A stretch of 63,746 nucleotides of DNA, the filler included, from Octopus bimaculoides (lineage: Eukaryota), in assembly GCF_001194135.2 (NCBI RefSeq). It is 6 parts of 6 records of this genome, joined end to end, with 100 filler letters (N's around TTAATTAATTAA, not from the genome) between each part and the next. Parts side by side here need not be neighbours in the genome. Positions count along the whole stretch, not along the records: positions 23,848 to 38,799 come from NC_068983.1; 5 more parts are not named here. One strand, 5' to 3'. The translations under genes were made by a program, and so were the position numbers. Below the pieces are notes generated by a model that saw only the letters and a list, made by a program, of their open reading frames with translations, made no database searches and had not been told where the DNA came from. Shown here piece after piece: positions 24,002 through 36,150 of the stretch. Every line of letters begins with the position of its first letter. Positions within the stretch are counted from its first letter, which is position 1.

Positions 24002-24180
24002 TTATCTATCTATCTATCAATCTATCTATCTATCTATCTACCTGTATGTCTGTCTGTCTGTCTGTCTGTATGTATGTATGTATGTATGTCCATCTATCCA
24101 TCTATCTGTCTGTCTATATGACTGTTTGTCTGCTCGTCTGACTGTCTGTCTGCTTGCCTGTTTGTCTTCTCTCTATCTGT
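23920..24180. repeat. (TCTG)/(TCTA)/(TATG) compound microsatellite
   Basis: Direct observation. Confidence 0.9.
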
Positions 24181-24605
24181 CTATGGGGTGGTGTATAAAA
24201 TAATAGTTTGAACCAGCTCCACATTACTTTAGGTTTTGTGGGTGTTTGAGATAGCTAAGAAATCCGTACGGAATAAAAGAGACAGTGACACTATCAAAGT
24301 CCCAAGACGCTATCGAAAACGTCGATTGTGTTAGACAGTTTCTGTTGAAGACATTACACATGCGATGAGCCGCAACCCACAAAATGTCATCAACGTTTCT
24401 ACTTCTCATTGCGACATGATGTTATTAATACGATATTTAATGTCATCCGGAGGAAAGACCGCTTTGGGATAAATTTAGACATCTCTGTTACTGAATACGA
24501 ACACACATATGAGCAAAAACATAATACTGGTGGATCTTTTTCAAATAAATCTTCGAAGTGATATAGGTGTCTAAAGTAGAAAAAAAATTATCTATCGATG
24601 ATATT

Positions 24606-25000
24606 GGCGCAGGAGTGGCTGTGCGGTAAGTAGCCTGCTTACCAACCACATGGTTCCGGGTTCAGTCCCACTGCATGACACCTTGAGCAAGTGTCTTCTA
24701 CTATAGCCCCGGGCCGACCAAAGCCTTGTGAGTGGATTTGGTAGACGGGAACTGAAAGAAGCCCGTCTTATATATGTATATATGTGTGTGTATATGTTTT
24801 TGTCTGTGTTTGTCCCCCCACCCCCAACATCACTTGACAACCGATGCTGGTGTGTTTAGGTCCCCGTAACTTAGCGGTTCGGCAAAAGAGACCGATAGAA
24901 TAAGTACTAAATAATAAGTCCTGGGGTTGATTTGCTCGACTAAAGGCGGTGCTCCAGCATGGCTACAGTTAAATGACTGAAACAAGTAAAAGAGTAAAAA
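24606..25000 (+). mobile_element. SINE family A, full-length reference copy
   Basis: tRNA-like head (tggctgtgcggtaag...ggttccgggttcagtccc), CORE-like gacaccttgagcaagtgtctt, internal TA/TG tract, tail ending gaaacaagtaaaagagtaaaaag. Confidence 0.9.
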
Positions 25001-25431
25001 GAGAGAGAGGTTAGTTTATCTTGCAGTTGTTCATATTTCTTTCAGAAAGAGAATATTTGCGACTAACTACTTTGAGACCTACAAGACCCCTTAACATTCT
25101 GATTATATTCTTTATTATATTTTCGTCTTTTACTCGTTTCAGTCACCGCCTTGAAGAATTTTTAGTCGAANNNNNNNNNNNNNNNNNNNNNNNNNNNNNN
25201 NNNNNNNNNNNNNNNNNNNNNNNNNNNNNNNNNNNNNNNNNNNNNNNNNNNNNNNNNNNNNNNNNNNNNNNNNNNNNNNNNNNNNNNNNNNNNNNNNNNN
25301 NNNNNNNNNNNNNNNNNNNNNNNNNNNNNNNNNNNNNNNNNNNNNNNNNNNNNNNNNNNNNNNNNNNNNNNNNNNNNNNNNNNNNNNNNNNNNNNNNNNN
25401 NNNNNNNNNNNNNNNNNNNNNNNNNNNNNNN

Positions 25432-25624
25432 ATATATGGGAGAATATACAAATAATAACGACAGACGAGGACAGGTGGTGTAAATAACAAAAGTATATAT
25501 TAGTATGACGCTCGGGAATACGGAAAGTCTTTGACGTTTCGAGCTACGCTCTTCAACAGAAAGAATACGGAGACAAGGAGAAAAACACGGAGAAAAAAAA
25601 TTGAATAGTGTTCAGTCAACGGTC
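25432..25624 (-). mobile_element. Family D ~190-bp hammerhead-bearing element
   Basis: Reverse complement of 52461-52648, with one internal substitution seen by eye; the 3' end abuts (TA)n. Confidence 0.85.
25528..25564 (-). ncRNA. Minimal type-I hammerhead motif (U6 variant)
   Basis: UCUUU-CUGUUGA-A-GAGC(GUA)GCUC-GAAA-CG-UC-AAAGA: 5-bp stem I, 4-bp stem II, GUC triplet. Confidence 0.65.
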
Positions 25625-25662
25625 AAGAATGGCTGACCGGAAGTTAGATATATATATATATA

Positions 25663-25795
25663 TGACGGGTGTCTTTCAGTTTCCGTCAACCAAATCAACT
25701 CGCAAGGATTGGGTCGGCCTGAGGTTAAAGCAGGAGACACTTGCCCAAGGTGGTTGGGAAGCAGGCGTCTTACCACACAACCACACCTGCACAGT
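25663..25795 (-). mobile_element. SINE family A, 5' half with internal deletion
   Basis: ctttcagtttccgtcaaccaaatc...gacacttgcccaaggtggttgggaagc. Confidence 0.75.
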
Positions 25796-27194
25796 GTATT
25801 CACTTATAATAGTAAAAGTTTAATCGACCATCTCAAATAGGTAGTGTTTTCAGGTAAATATAATAACTAACTCATTATAGCAATCGACGGAACAGTATAA
25901 ATATGCAAGACTTTTGCAGAGCTCAATATGTAACATGTATTGTTTTTGTTCTCCAAATTCAAGCGATGGAACTTTTGTTTCTATCTTAGAAACTATTTCC
26001 TTCCCCGTAGGAAAAATTCAATTAATTAAAAACACATAAAAACGAAAGAGAATACGTACGTGTAATGCCTACAATGCATACAAGTTAGTTGTACGGAAAT
26101 TACGCACAGCACACAAAACTGGGCGACTCGCCGAGGAATTAATGTGTTTGCGAATTCAAATTTTGATCGAAGAAAATCCAGCCTGAATTCTTTTATCGAT
26201 TTTGTGTTTATCGATTTTGCTCGGAAGCTAAAGTTCTGATTCCGTGGCTGCATTAGTTATTTAAACTGGTTTTCAATTAATTGTCCCATTTGAGATTTCT
26301 ACAAGACTACAAGATTTGATATAATTCCAGATAGTTTCTACGCTTGTGTCTTGTAGAATTTATTGCTCAGTGAAGAATTCACATNNNNNNNNNNNNNNNN
26401 NNNNNNNNNNNNNNNNNNNNNNNNNNNNNNNNNNNNNNNNNNNNNNNNNNNNNNNNNNNNNNNNNNNNNNNNNNNNNNNNNNNNNNNNNNNNNNNNNNNN
26501 NNNNNNNNNNNNNNNNNNNNNNNNNNNNNNNNNNNNNNNNNNNNNNNNNNNNNNNNNNNNNNNNNNNNNNNNNNNNNNNNNNNNNNNNNNNNNNNNNNNN
26601 NNNNNNNNNNNNNNNNNNNNNNNNNNNNNNNNNNNNNNNNNNNNNNNNNNNNNNNNNNNNNNNNNNNNNNNNNNNNNNNNNNNNNNNNNNNNNNNNNNNN
26701 NNNNNNNNNNNNNNNNNNNNNNNNNNNNNNNNNNNNNNNNNNNNNNNNNNNNNNNNNNNNNNNNNNNNNNNNNNNNNNNNNNNNNNNNNNNNNNNNNNNN
26801 NNNNNNNNNNNNNNNNNNNNNNNNNNNNNNNNNNNNNNNNNNNNNNNNNNNNNNNNNNNNNNNNNNNNNNNNNNNNNNNNNNNNNNNNNNNNNNNNNNNN
26901 NNNNNNNNNNNNNNNNNNNNNNNNNNNNNNNNNNNNNNNNNNNNNNNNNNNNNNNNNNNNNNNNNNNNNNNNNNNNNNNNNNNNNNNNNNNNNNNNNNNN
27001 NNNNNNNNNNNNNNNNNNNNNNNNNNNNNNNNNNNNNNNNNNNNNNNNNNNNNNNNNNNNNNNNNNNNNNNNNNNNNNNNNNNNNNNNNNNNNNNNNNNN
27101 NNNNNNNNNNNNNNNNNNNNNNATTTCACACGGCGTGCTAAAGTTTCTGTCAGCTCACCAGCTTGTATTGTTTTTTTGTGTGTGGGGGGGGGGC

Positions 27195-27562
27195 GCTATT
27201 TTGCGAATTCTTCTTGCAAGGTTGAAGGGGATATTTGTTTTGATATGTCTCTAGTGAGATGAGCTAAATAACAGAGATTGTTCAGCGTCTGTGGTCTTGT
27301 AAAAAATGTCTGTTTCTATTTTTTTTTTCAAATCATTATGTCTAGGAATGGGAGTTCATCGTCGTTGTGCTCCATTGTGAATTGCATGTTGGTGTTAATG
27401 TTATTGAGAAGTCTTTTGAACTCCAGGAGCTTATCTGTGTTTTCATTCCAGAGGATGAAGCAGTTGTCCAAAAATCTTTCCCAATTTTCTTTTATGTATC
27501 GGCAGAGAGGGTTTCCAAATTTTGTAAAAGACTCCTGATATATTGTTATTTCTAAATAGCCC
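27195..27562 (-). pseudogene. Penelope-like element reverse transcriptase fragment (RT C-terminal part/thumb), with stops
   Basis: Manual translation: GYLEITIYQESFTKFGNPLCRYIKENWERFLDNCFILWNENTDKLLEFKRLLNNINTNMQFTMEHNDDELPFLDIMI*...IETDIFYKTTDAEQSLLFSSSH*RHIKTNIPFNLARRI. This matches the PLE motifs W-x-R-Y-x-DD, FTME, LPFLD, TD-x-F/Y-x-K and NIPF-x-LA-x-RI. Confidence 0.8.
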
Positions 27563-27962
27563 TGAGTAAAGAAGTCTCATTTATCAGAAAAATATAAACC
27601 AGAATTAAATATGAACCTATATTAAGAATAAAAGATTTACCTCTTCTATTGTAAGATATAAACCAGAATAAAATAGACCAAAAATAAAAATTACAGATTT
27701 ACCTCCCCTTTACTGTAAAATAAATGAGTGAACAATTATCTCCCCAAGGAATATGTCTTCCCCGTAGCAATATGTCTATTTTTCAAACCTTAGCTTGATG
27801 AGCAATGCGAAACCGGTTCTTCCTTTATGTTGAAAGAACGAAATCATATTTTGTACAACATTGTATAATAAATTTATCATTATGACTCTAATATACATCT
27901 TAATCCTGTAAAATATATCCTCTGTGTTTTTCCACTTTTCTCTTTCTCTTTCTGTATGTATG

Positions 27963-28000
<38 letters not shown>

Positions 28001-28169
28001 TGTGTGTGTATATAGGCAACACCTTTTCTCACGCGTACATACTCGCAGGCACACAAATAAGCAATCATGTGTGTATATGTTTAAGCGTGTAAGCATGATC
28101 ATATGTGTATGTCTGTGTGTGTCTCTATGTCTGTCTGTCTTTCTCTCTCTCTCACACTATATATATATA

Positions 28170-28402
28170 CAGGGTGGGCCAAAAGTCACCTGACAGTTAA
28201 CCAAGAACATCTAATTCCAAGATTTATTTATGTTTAACAAATGAATGAATTTAATAAAAGCATCCAAATATGAAACATCCTGGAAATTTCTCAAACTGAA
28301 GTCCTTCTTGAGAGAAACCATTTTCCCATTAGAATAAATACAGAATTACAGACAGTATTTATGGCATTTTCACTTATTTCCGGGTAACTATTGGCTAACC
28401 TG
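28170..28402. mobile_element. Tc1/mariner-type MITE
   Basis: TA|CAGGGTGGGCCAAAAGTCACC ... gggtaactattggctaacctg|TA (degenerate TIR). Confidence 0.6.
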
Positions 28403-28426
28403 TATACACGCACACACACGCACACA

Positions 28427-28905
28427 CTAGGCTACCCGTGACCCGTTGGGTCACCTGCAAAGTCTGAGTTTCCCAGCAACGGATTTGTTTCATGGGTTTT
28501 TCATTTCCGGTTATTTCACATGTTTTCAACGAATGTGACATTGAAATCACGCGTAAACGGCTCCTTTCCCCGGAAAAGGAAAGATTTGCCTGCTATTTCT
28601 TGCACGCCTTGCTACCACGTAACAGTATTTCGGGTCCTTTATCACAAATAGTTGTTACGTGGTAGCAGGGTGTGCTAGAAATAGCAGGCAAATATTTGGA
28701 GCTGAGATGCGTTGAAAGCACTTGAAAAATGTTTGTTTTGGTCTTCCCTTGGAACGATCTTTCGTTTTGACTCTCAGAACTGTCGCTTTGACTCTCAGAA
28801 ACGTCATCAGCTGGTTTCGTTCGTTAATTTCTGAAATTTTTTTTTGTTTATTTAGTTTTGTTTTAAAGTGAGAGAGAGGAGAATGAACGTGTATATGAAA
28901 TGGAC

Positions 28906-28958
<53 letters not shown>

Positions 28959-29450
28959 TACCACTTACACATACATGAGAACACACACGTTCACTCACTC
29001 ACTCTCTCTCTCTCATACACACACACACGCACTTGCACACGTACATACAAAAAAGATGGACGCATATGTATTGATGTATGTACGTTTACATGACAACACA
29101 CCCCTTCACTTTCTCTCTCTCTCTCTCTTTCACACACGTCCATTTCATATACACGTACATACATCTTTCACTCTCTCCTCTCTTTCACTTTAAAACAAAA
29201 GTAAATAAATAACATTTTTAAAACAAAAGAAAATAAATAATATTTTTGACGGAAATTAACGACTTGAAAATAATTAAAAAAACATTAAGATATTGTCTGT
29301 TTAAAGAAAGCTAAAATATAAATACTTACTGTACAAACCACTTACATTTTTGAAATCACATTCAGTTAAAAATATCTCTAAATGATTTAAAATAATGTTT
29401 GTATTCTGTATGTGTTGACGTTACGGAAGCCATGTTTTTTTTTTTTTCGT
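28427..29450 (-). mobile_element. Helitron-like non-autonomous element (3' end clear; 5' boundary unknown, possibly in the gap)
   Basis: Minus strand: hairpin GTGACCC-AAC-GGGTCAC, 7 nt, then CTAG followed by T; two internal inverted repeats. Confidence 0.5.
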
Positions 29451-30373
29451 NNNNNNNNNNNNNNNNNNNNNNNNNNNNNNNNNNNNNNNNNNNNNNNNNN
29501 NNNNNNNNNNNNNNNNNNNNNNNNNNNNNNNNNNNNNNNNNNNNNNNNNNNNNNNNNNNNNNNNNNNNNNNNNNNNNNNNNNNNNNNNNNNNNNNNNNNN
29601 NNNNNNNNNNNNNNNNNNNNNNNNNNNNNNNNNNNNNNNNNNNNNNNNNNNNNNNNNNNNNNNNNNNNNNNNNNNNNNNNNNNNNNNNNNNNNNNNNNNN
29701 NNNNNNNNNNNNNNNNNNNNNNNNNNNNNNNNNNNNNNNNNNNNNNNNNNNNNNNNNNNNNNNNNNNNNNNNNNNNNNNNNNNNNNNNNNNNNNNNNNNN
29801 NNNNNNNNNNNNNNNNNNNNNNNNNNNNNNNNNNNNNNNNNNNNNNNNNNNNNNNNNNNNNNNNNNNNNNNNNNNNNNNNNNNNNNNNNNNNNNNNNNNN
29901 NNNNNNNNNNNNNNNNNNNNNNNNNNNNNNNNNNNNNNNNNNNNNNNNNNNNNNNNNNNNNNNNNNNNNNNNNNNNNNNNNNNNNNNNNNNNNNNNNNNN
30001 NNNNNNNNNNNNNNNNNNNNNNNNNNNNNNNNNNNNNNNNNNNNNNNNNNNNNNNNNNNNNNNNNNNNNNNNNNNNNNNNNNNNNNNNNNNNNNNNNNNN
30101 NNNNNNNNNNNNNNNNNNNNNNNNNNNNNNNNNNNNNNNNNNNNNNNNNNNNNNNNNNNNNNNNNNNNNNNNNNNNNNNNNNNNNNNNNNNNNNNNNNNN
30201 NNNNNNNNNNNNNNNNNNNNNNNNNNNNNNNNNNNNNNNNNNNNNNNNNNNNNNNNNNNNNNNNNNNNNNNNNNNNNNNNNNNNNNNNNNNGAGAGTATT
30301 TGTGTAACGGTAAGTGTGTCACAGTATGTGAGTATTTGACAGCATGTGTGTGCATTTTGCAGCGTGTATAACC

Positions 30374-30413
<40 letters not shown>

Positions 30414-30806
30414 TTATGCTCGGCCCAATGTGTGCGTGTATGTGAGCGTGCGTGTGTTTACATTCGGAAGTGTTGTGGCCCTTTTGTTAAGTGGTTGGTG
30501 TAATTCTCGAAGTAACACATTCTATGCCTGAGGGGACATTACCATCGTTTAGAATTAGTGCAACATTGAACTGCAGCGACTGCATCCTTCCATTTGGTGA
30601 AATCGATTTTCGTTGCTTCGAGGTGAGCTTTCATCGTACACATCGTTGGCGAAACTCTGCACCAATGAATCAGAAATTTGTATTTGATGTTACAGTTTGT
30701 CTTAATGGTAGTTAAAAATCAGAGTTTAAAAACCTTCTGCAATCAATGAACAGTCAATAACAGTCTCGAAAAATCTCGCCGATTTTCAGAATTATACTCG
30801 ACTGAC

Positions 30807-30968
30807 CTGAAACCCGTTGGTTGTGGTAATGAATATCCGTTGCCGCTGCCAACTCCCCCATGCTCCGTGTCGACTGTAATGCTGTCGGCGATGTTGTTGT
30901 CTGCGACGCTTGTGTCGGCGGTGCTGGAGTCGGCGGCATTGGTATTGGCGGCGTTAGTGTCGATACAT
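30807..30968 (-). CDS. Possible 162-nt internal exon (two open frames), unverified
   Basis: tgtgtag| acceptor, cag|GTCAGT donor, length divisible by 3. It could instead be a decayed trinucleotide repeat. Confidence 0.2.
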
Positions 30969-31047
30969 CTACACATAGACACATACTGTTATATGCGCGA
31001 ATAGCGAAACATAGCACATGCAAAAACACAAACATATATACACACGT

Positions 31048-31194
31048 AGGTATGTATGTATGTATGTATGTATGTATGTATGTATGTATGTATGTATGTA
31101 TGTGTGTGTGTATGTATGTATGTGTGTATGTATGTGTGTATGTACGTACGTACGTATGTATGGATGCATGCATGTATGTACATACGCATGCATG

Positions 31195-31225
<31 letters not shown>

Positions 31226-31250
31226 ATATGCATGTATGTAGATAGATAGA
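31048..31250. repeat. (TATG)n compound microsatellite
   Basis: Direct observation. Confidence 0.9.
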
Positions 31251-32002
31251 TAAAGGTACTGGCATGCTTTTATGCGCATATGCACGCACACACACGTTCA
31301 CAAACACNNNNNNNNNNNNNNNNNNNNNNNNNNNNNNNNNNNNNNNNNNNNNNNNNNNNNNNNNNNNNNNNNNNNNNNNNNNNNNNNNNNNNNNNNNNNN
31401 NNNNNNNNNNNNNNNNNNNNNNNNNNNNNNNNNNNNNNNNNNNNNNNNNNNNNNNNNNNNNNNNNNNNNNNNNNNNNNNNNNNNNNNNNNNNNNNNNNNN
31501 NNNNNNNNNNNNNNNNNNNNNNNNNNNNNNNNNNNNNNNNNNNNNNNNNNNNNNNNNNNNNNNNNNNNNNNNNNNNNNNNNNNNNNNNNNNNNNNNNNNN
31601 NNNNNNNNNNNNNNNNNNNNNNNNNNNNNNNNNNNNNNNNNNNNNNNNNNNNNNNNNNNNNNNNNNNNNNNNNNNNNNNNNNNNNNNNNNNNNNNNNNNN
31701 NNNNNNNNNNNNNNNNNNNNNNNNNNNNNNNNNNNNNNNNNNNNNNNNNNNNNNNNNNNNNNNNNNNNNNNNNNNNNNNNNNNNNNNNNNNNNNNNNNNN
31801 NNNNNNNNNNNNNNNNNNNNNNNNNNNNNNNNNNNNNNNNNNNNNTATATATATATAGAAAAGGATGCGTGGCGTTCTATAATATAATGATATAAATAAT
31901 ATATAAATATATGCATATATCCATACATATATGCACATACCTACATCTATATGTAAACATACATGCATATTTGGGGACAGGACATAAAAGAACGTTAAAC
32001 AC

Positions 32003-32278
32003 AATGAGAAACGAAAACATAGAAAGGAAAACATAGAAAACGAACTTTTTTTCGAACAACGAAAAAAGAAAACAGAGAAACGAGACATGCAACATAAAGA
32101 GTATCCCCCTTCGTCAGTTGTCCCTGTTTCATCTACTCCGTGTTTCGAAGGATCGAAACACGGAGTAGATGAAACAGGGACAACTGACGAAGGGGGATAC
32201 TCTTTATGTTGCGTGTCTCGTTTCTCTGTTTATTTGTTTTTTTCGTTGTTCGAAAAATGTTCGTTTTCGTTTCTCATT
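32003..32278. repeat. Long near-perfect palindrome
   Basis: Core arms 32070-32148 and 32153-32231 (79 bp, one mismatch, 4-nt loop AGGA), extending with indels to 32003/32278. Confidence 0.95.
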
Positions 32279-32482
32279 ATGAAAGCTACATCCTCTTAAC
32301 TTAGCGGCGCGGCATCAAAGGCTGATAGAATTCCTATCAGGATTAAACCCTTCAATGTGGTACCGAGATTGACAGACAGACAGACAGACAGATAGATAGA
32401 TACATACATACATACATACATACATACATACGTACATACATACATACATACATACATACACACATAAATGCATGAAGACAAC

Positions 32483-32827
32483 ATGAAATGAGCAGAAGTT
32501 TAAGCGAGGTTTCACGGAAAAAATAATTTAGAATTACAGAAAAAAAAACCCTAAAGCAACATAGTACTCAATAAAAATATTTTCTCGAGTACTATGCTGA
32601 TATGAAAATCGAATGTAAATTACTTTAGCATCTATACTTACAACCATAAAAATAAGCATAAAATAAACATGAAAATAAACAGAATTTTGAGCGAGGTTTC
32701 AAGGAAAAATAATTTAGAATTGCTGCCAAAAAGACCTAGTATACGATAAAAAATATTTTGTCGAGTGTTATGCTAGTATGAAAATCGAATATAAATTGCT
32801 GAGCATCCATACTTATAACCATAAAAA
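32483..32827 (+). repeat. Degenerate tandem duplication of a ~170-bp unit
   Basis: gagcgaggtttca..ggaaaaataatttagaatt...tatgaaaatcgaat...cttataaccataaaaat occurs twice. Confidence 0.8.
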
Positions 32828-34439
32828 TTCAAATTTTGTATATACCTACATATATAAACCTATTTTTCAACAGTACAGACATATACGTAAAATTTCGGTG
32901 CTATGATTTCCAAACGTTTAAATTTTTTATATTCTCGAAATACACTTAGGATTGCACAATGGAAAATATAGCAAAGCCCTGGGAAGAAATGCATTATGGC
33001 ATTACATTACTGTTCTGATTTCAAATACACTGCGATTGATTTTATTTTCTATACTTTTTACGGATTCGATAAATTCAATACCAGTAATATACTGCTGTAT
33101 GATTAAAAATCCACTGTGTCCACTTCTCTATAAATTTTTGATCCTCTGCGAAAATCAGAAACCAATATTTCGGATAAACATGCAAATTTATACAATTTAT
33201 AAAGAATTGACGAGATCGATATAATAAAGTCTTATTACGTGTCATTCATTAAAACAAAAAAATGGTTCCTGTTCAAATTGGCATTTTTTCTTTCTTGACT
33301 GTAAAACCTTTAAAAAGCAATGATTATTAAATTATCCAAACAAAAATATTTTCAACATCTCATGTCTATTTTGCATTCTCCGAAAAATATAAAATTTCGC
33401 TCCATGTCCAACGAAATCTATTTTTCTTGTGGCCTCGATCGTGGGTCATGAAAGCTGTAAGTAAATCTGATCTGAAAATGAACTTGCATTGTATTCTCAC
33501 TTCATTGTAATTTCACCGCAATTACCCCCATGAAAAGTATGGAAGTGACCGGCTTCAATTTTATTTTCCAGTTATGAAAATTACATTGTGCCTAGTCAAG
33601 AGAAACTAGTAATATTGCAGATAACGACTACTTAACATAAACATAGATTTCTATGGCTGCTGTTACTGTTGTCATTATTAGCTTCAGCGGAACCATTATA
33701 TTTATCAATTTTTCTTTATCGTTGTAACGCACCAAAACGATCTAAGAGTGAATTAAGATATTAACTATAGGTGTTCTCTTAGAAACCGATATCAGTTATC
33801 AATGCATACAATTTCTCTAGTGGAGACATTTGCAATTCCATTTTTAATCCGGCAACATCGAGTACAAATGTACAGCTTAAAGAATTCATTAGTGACGAAA
33901 TGCTTGGTTAAATATTAATAATTTATAATATCAGAGTGAGGAGAGAAGAGTGAAAGAATGAGAGACAAAGAGAAAAGGGAACTGGACTGTACCCATCCAT
34001 TTTGCATTTAAATACCGCTGAGATCGTTCTTAACATTAATATGGCCTTTGATAACACGGTTAAATCGATATAATAGTTGTCCTTGTCAAAAGATCAAGAC
34101 TTGTTCTCAAGCAGTCAAAAGTAATCATGTTTCAATGACACAATAAGTAGGCGGCATTTAACGTTACTGTGATTATGTCCGTTACAAATGTCTATATTAT
34201 CACAGGGAAACACACGCGTTACTACTACAAACTCTATTAAGCACACACGCACACACTCACACACATACACGCATGTATATATATACATACACACGTACAA
34301 ACACAAGTCCCCAACGCTAGGTTTTGAACGCAAATCGGAAAGGCTCGTAGATAATCGCTGTTGTATCCGATGCCCCTTCCAATTCGGCTAACTGCAGCGC
34401 TCTGGATTATCTCCCCGTAGTACAAAGATTAAATCGTAT

Positions 34440-35656
34440 ATTAATCTTTGAGTGACCATGGCTTCTACCATATTGTGAGTTCTTATTTCTTTGTCCTCGG
34501 GATTATCCTTCCGACGGATCTCATTATAGAGTGCCCTAGCCGCAACATCGTGTTTCATCGGTAGATAATACCATGATGAGATTTTCGGACAACTGCTTAT
34601 GATGTAGTTGATATCTTCAGTGTTAACTCCACAAAGTCTGCATCGGTTGTCACATTCTATTGCTTTCCCTGCATCACTATCTCTTTTGTACATCAGGTAT
34701 TTGGTTGATATTTCCTGTTCCTGGATTGCAAACGCATACTCTTTAAAGTGGGAGGTAGTAATCCGGTTATTGGTCCATGATAAACTACTTTGATGATCGA
34801 TGTTATTATCATCACGGAGCTTTCTACTAACATATCCATGCATGTACTTCTGCTCAGACAGGCTCATCATTTCCTCTGATACGTGACGGTAGAATCGTGC
34901 GACTTCTTTGAGCATGTATTCTAGGTTATCAGACAAAGAGCGTTGCTCAAGGAGCTGCCTTCCAAGTCTTATAATGTTATCAGCCTCATGTATGTAAACT
35001 TGGTCAAGGGATGCGCTTCGACACTTGGTGGTTAAAAGATGTCGCCGAAGGGATTTGATACGACATTCAAAGGCATTTTGGATCGATGTTAAGCTTCTGC
35101 CGCCTTATTTCCGTTTTAGGTAAAAGCAGTCTACGTCACTGTTTATGTGGAAATTATGTGTGCTTGTTAGTATTTTGGGGGGGTTTTCACATCAATGGCT
35201 CGGATCTCATCAAACATCCAATCAAGCAGCCCAAATGTTGGTATGAGTACTGGCACTGCAAACACATTGTGGGCCACTGTTTTATTGAATGCAGAGAGTT
35301 CTGAGTTTCAAATTTTCTTTGTTCGGTTGTGATATTCTTTAGTGACACGTGTTTTGTTACAGGTGCCATTGTAAAATATATTTTCATCCACCCCAAGATA
35401 CCTGTAACATTCCTTGTCAGATCCAAGGAAAACAGTAAAGTTACTAGTCTGGTTTATAGTTTTCCCCCTTTTCACAACCACACAACAACATTTATCCTGA
35501 CCAAACTCCAACCCAACATCCTTTGTGAATGTTGTAACTAGGTCAAGGCTCTTTTTCATCTCATGCATATTCTTTGCATAAAGTTTTAAGTCATCCACAA
35601 AGAAACAGAGTGTAATTTTGGTATTTCTGTTTCCTTGTGAACCAGTGAGATATCCA
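34440..35656 (-). pseudogene. R4/Dong-type non-LTR retrotransposon remnant (RT motifs 5-7 to zinc knuckle)
   Basis: FFVDDLKLY, FGQDKC, YRYLG, then AIQEQEIST, CRLC...YIISSC, YYLPMKHDVA; frameshifts and stops present. Confidence 0.85.
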
Positions 35657-35680
35657 TGTATGTATGTATGTATGTATGTA

Positions 35681-35730
<50 letters not shown>

Positions 35731-36000
35731 NNNNNNNNNNNNNNNNNNNNNNNNNNNNNNNNNNNNNNNNNNNNNNNNNNNNNNNNNNNNNNNNNNNNNN
35801 NNNNNNNNNNNNNNNNNNNNNNNNNNNNNNNNNNNNNNNNNNNNNNNNNNNNNNNNNNNNNNNNNNNNNNNNNNNNNNNNNNNNNNNNNNNNNNNNNNNN
35901 NNNNNNNNNGTCTTGAAAGTTGCGTGGTACACTCAAACGCGGCTGGGTAAAATTGTGAAGTGAACGTCTCAATCACATGATCATAAGCTTGTGCGTTAGG

Positions 36001-36150
36001 AGAAGAAAAAGAAGAAGAAGAAGAAGAAGAAGAAGAAGAAGAAGAAGAAGAAGAAGAAGAAGAAGATGATGATGATGATGATGATGATAATGATGATGAT
36101 GATGATGACGATGATGATGATGACGATGATGATGATGACGATGATGATGA
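36001..36150. repeat. (AAG)n(ATG)n microsatellite
   Basis: Direct observation. Confidence 0.9.

Noticed and set aside
28760-28825. Minus-strand CUGAUGA...GAAA near 28760-28815
   Set aside because: No stem I pairing or proper stem III/NUH; chance motif.
32149-32215. Hammerhead in the palindrome arm (GAAAC ... CUGACGA)
   Set aside because: Order would require type II topology, but I could not form stem I or a closing stem II, and no GAAA follows the GGGG/CUCU hairpin.
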